Assembly: GCA_013239625.1 (NCBI GenBank)
Contig: MU054212.1
Span: 3,038,001 to 3,102,000, forward strand
Direction: 5' to 3'
DNA: 64,000 nt
Source: Lama guanicoe
Lineage: Eukaryota
Below are positions 63,338 to 64,000 of the stretch, in pieces (within the stretch, counting starts at the first letter, position 1; each line of letters starts with the position of its first letter). Below the pieces are notes generated by a model that searched no databases, had not been told where the DNA came from, and saw nothing but the letters and a program-made list of their open reading frames with translations. The position numbers were made by a program, and so were the translations under genes.

Positions 63338-64000
63338 TTCTGCTGGAGAGGGTGCAGAGAAAAAGGAACCCTGGTGGGAACGTAAGTTGGTGCAGCCACA
63401 ATGGAAAATAGTATGGAGATTCTGTAAAAAACTAAAAATAGAGTTACCATACAATCTAGTAATCTCACTCCTGGGAATATATTCAGAGGAAATACTACTT
63501 TGTGAAGATACATGCACCCCAATGCTCATAGTCGCACTATGGAACATGGAAGCAATCTAAATGCCCACCGATGGATGATTGGATAAAGAAATATATATAT
63601 GTATATATATACACAAACACACACACACACACACACAATACAAACACACACATATATACATACAATGGAATAGTACTCAGCCATAAAAAAGAATGAAATT
63701 ATGCCATTTACAGCAACATGGATGGATCTAGAGATGATCATACTAAGTGAAGTAAGTCAGACAGAGAAAGACAAATATCATATGATATCACTTATATGCA
63801 GAATCTAAATATAACACAAATAAACTTATTTACACAATAGAAACAGATTCACAGACATAAAAAACAAACTAATGGTTATCAAATGGGAAAGCAGGGCGAA
63901 GGGTGAATTAAGAGTTTGGGATTAGCAGATACAAACTACTATGTACAGAATAGATAAACAACAAGGTCCTACTATACAGCACAGGAATCTACATTCACTA
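63338..64000 (+). mobile_element. 5'-truncated L1 (ORF2 C-terminus + 3'UTR), runs off the window; contains a TA/CA microsatellite at ~63590-63662
   Basis: tgctggagagggtgcagagaaaaaggaaccct...tggtgcagccacaatggaaaa...gcaacatggatggatctagag...ctatacagcacagg. Confidence 0.93.

Overview
This is 64 kb of mammalian genomic DNA, most likely camelid, judged from two copies of a tRNA-derived SINE of the Vic-1 type and from the L1 3' ends. I can support no protein-coding exon, RNA gene or CRISPR-like array, and the ORF-track entries look like chance ORFs. Much of the window is recognisable interspersed repeat: L1, L2, L3/CR1, MIR, MamSINE1, MaLR/ERVL LTRs and MER5/MER6 DNA transposons, several of them nested. 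Most L1 fragments lie on the minus strand, which suggests an intron of a plus-strand gene that I cannot name. Three non-repeat elements stand out. (1) A small CpG island at about 45.7-46.5 kb has a CTCF motif and candidate splice donors, and may be an alternative promoter. (2) An unexplained CpG-retaining, hairpin-rich ~670-bp block at 52.96-53.63 kb has splice-like boundaries, RFX-like motifs and no open frame across it. (3) An RFX+ETS motif pair lies at about 60.25-60.47 kb. I found no convincing novel biological system; the 53-kb block is the best lead. Repeat family names come from recalled consensus similarity, and most boundaries are approximate.
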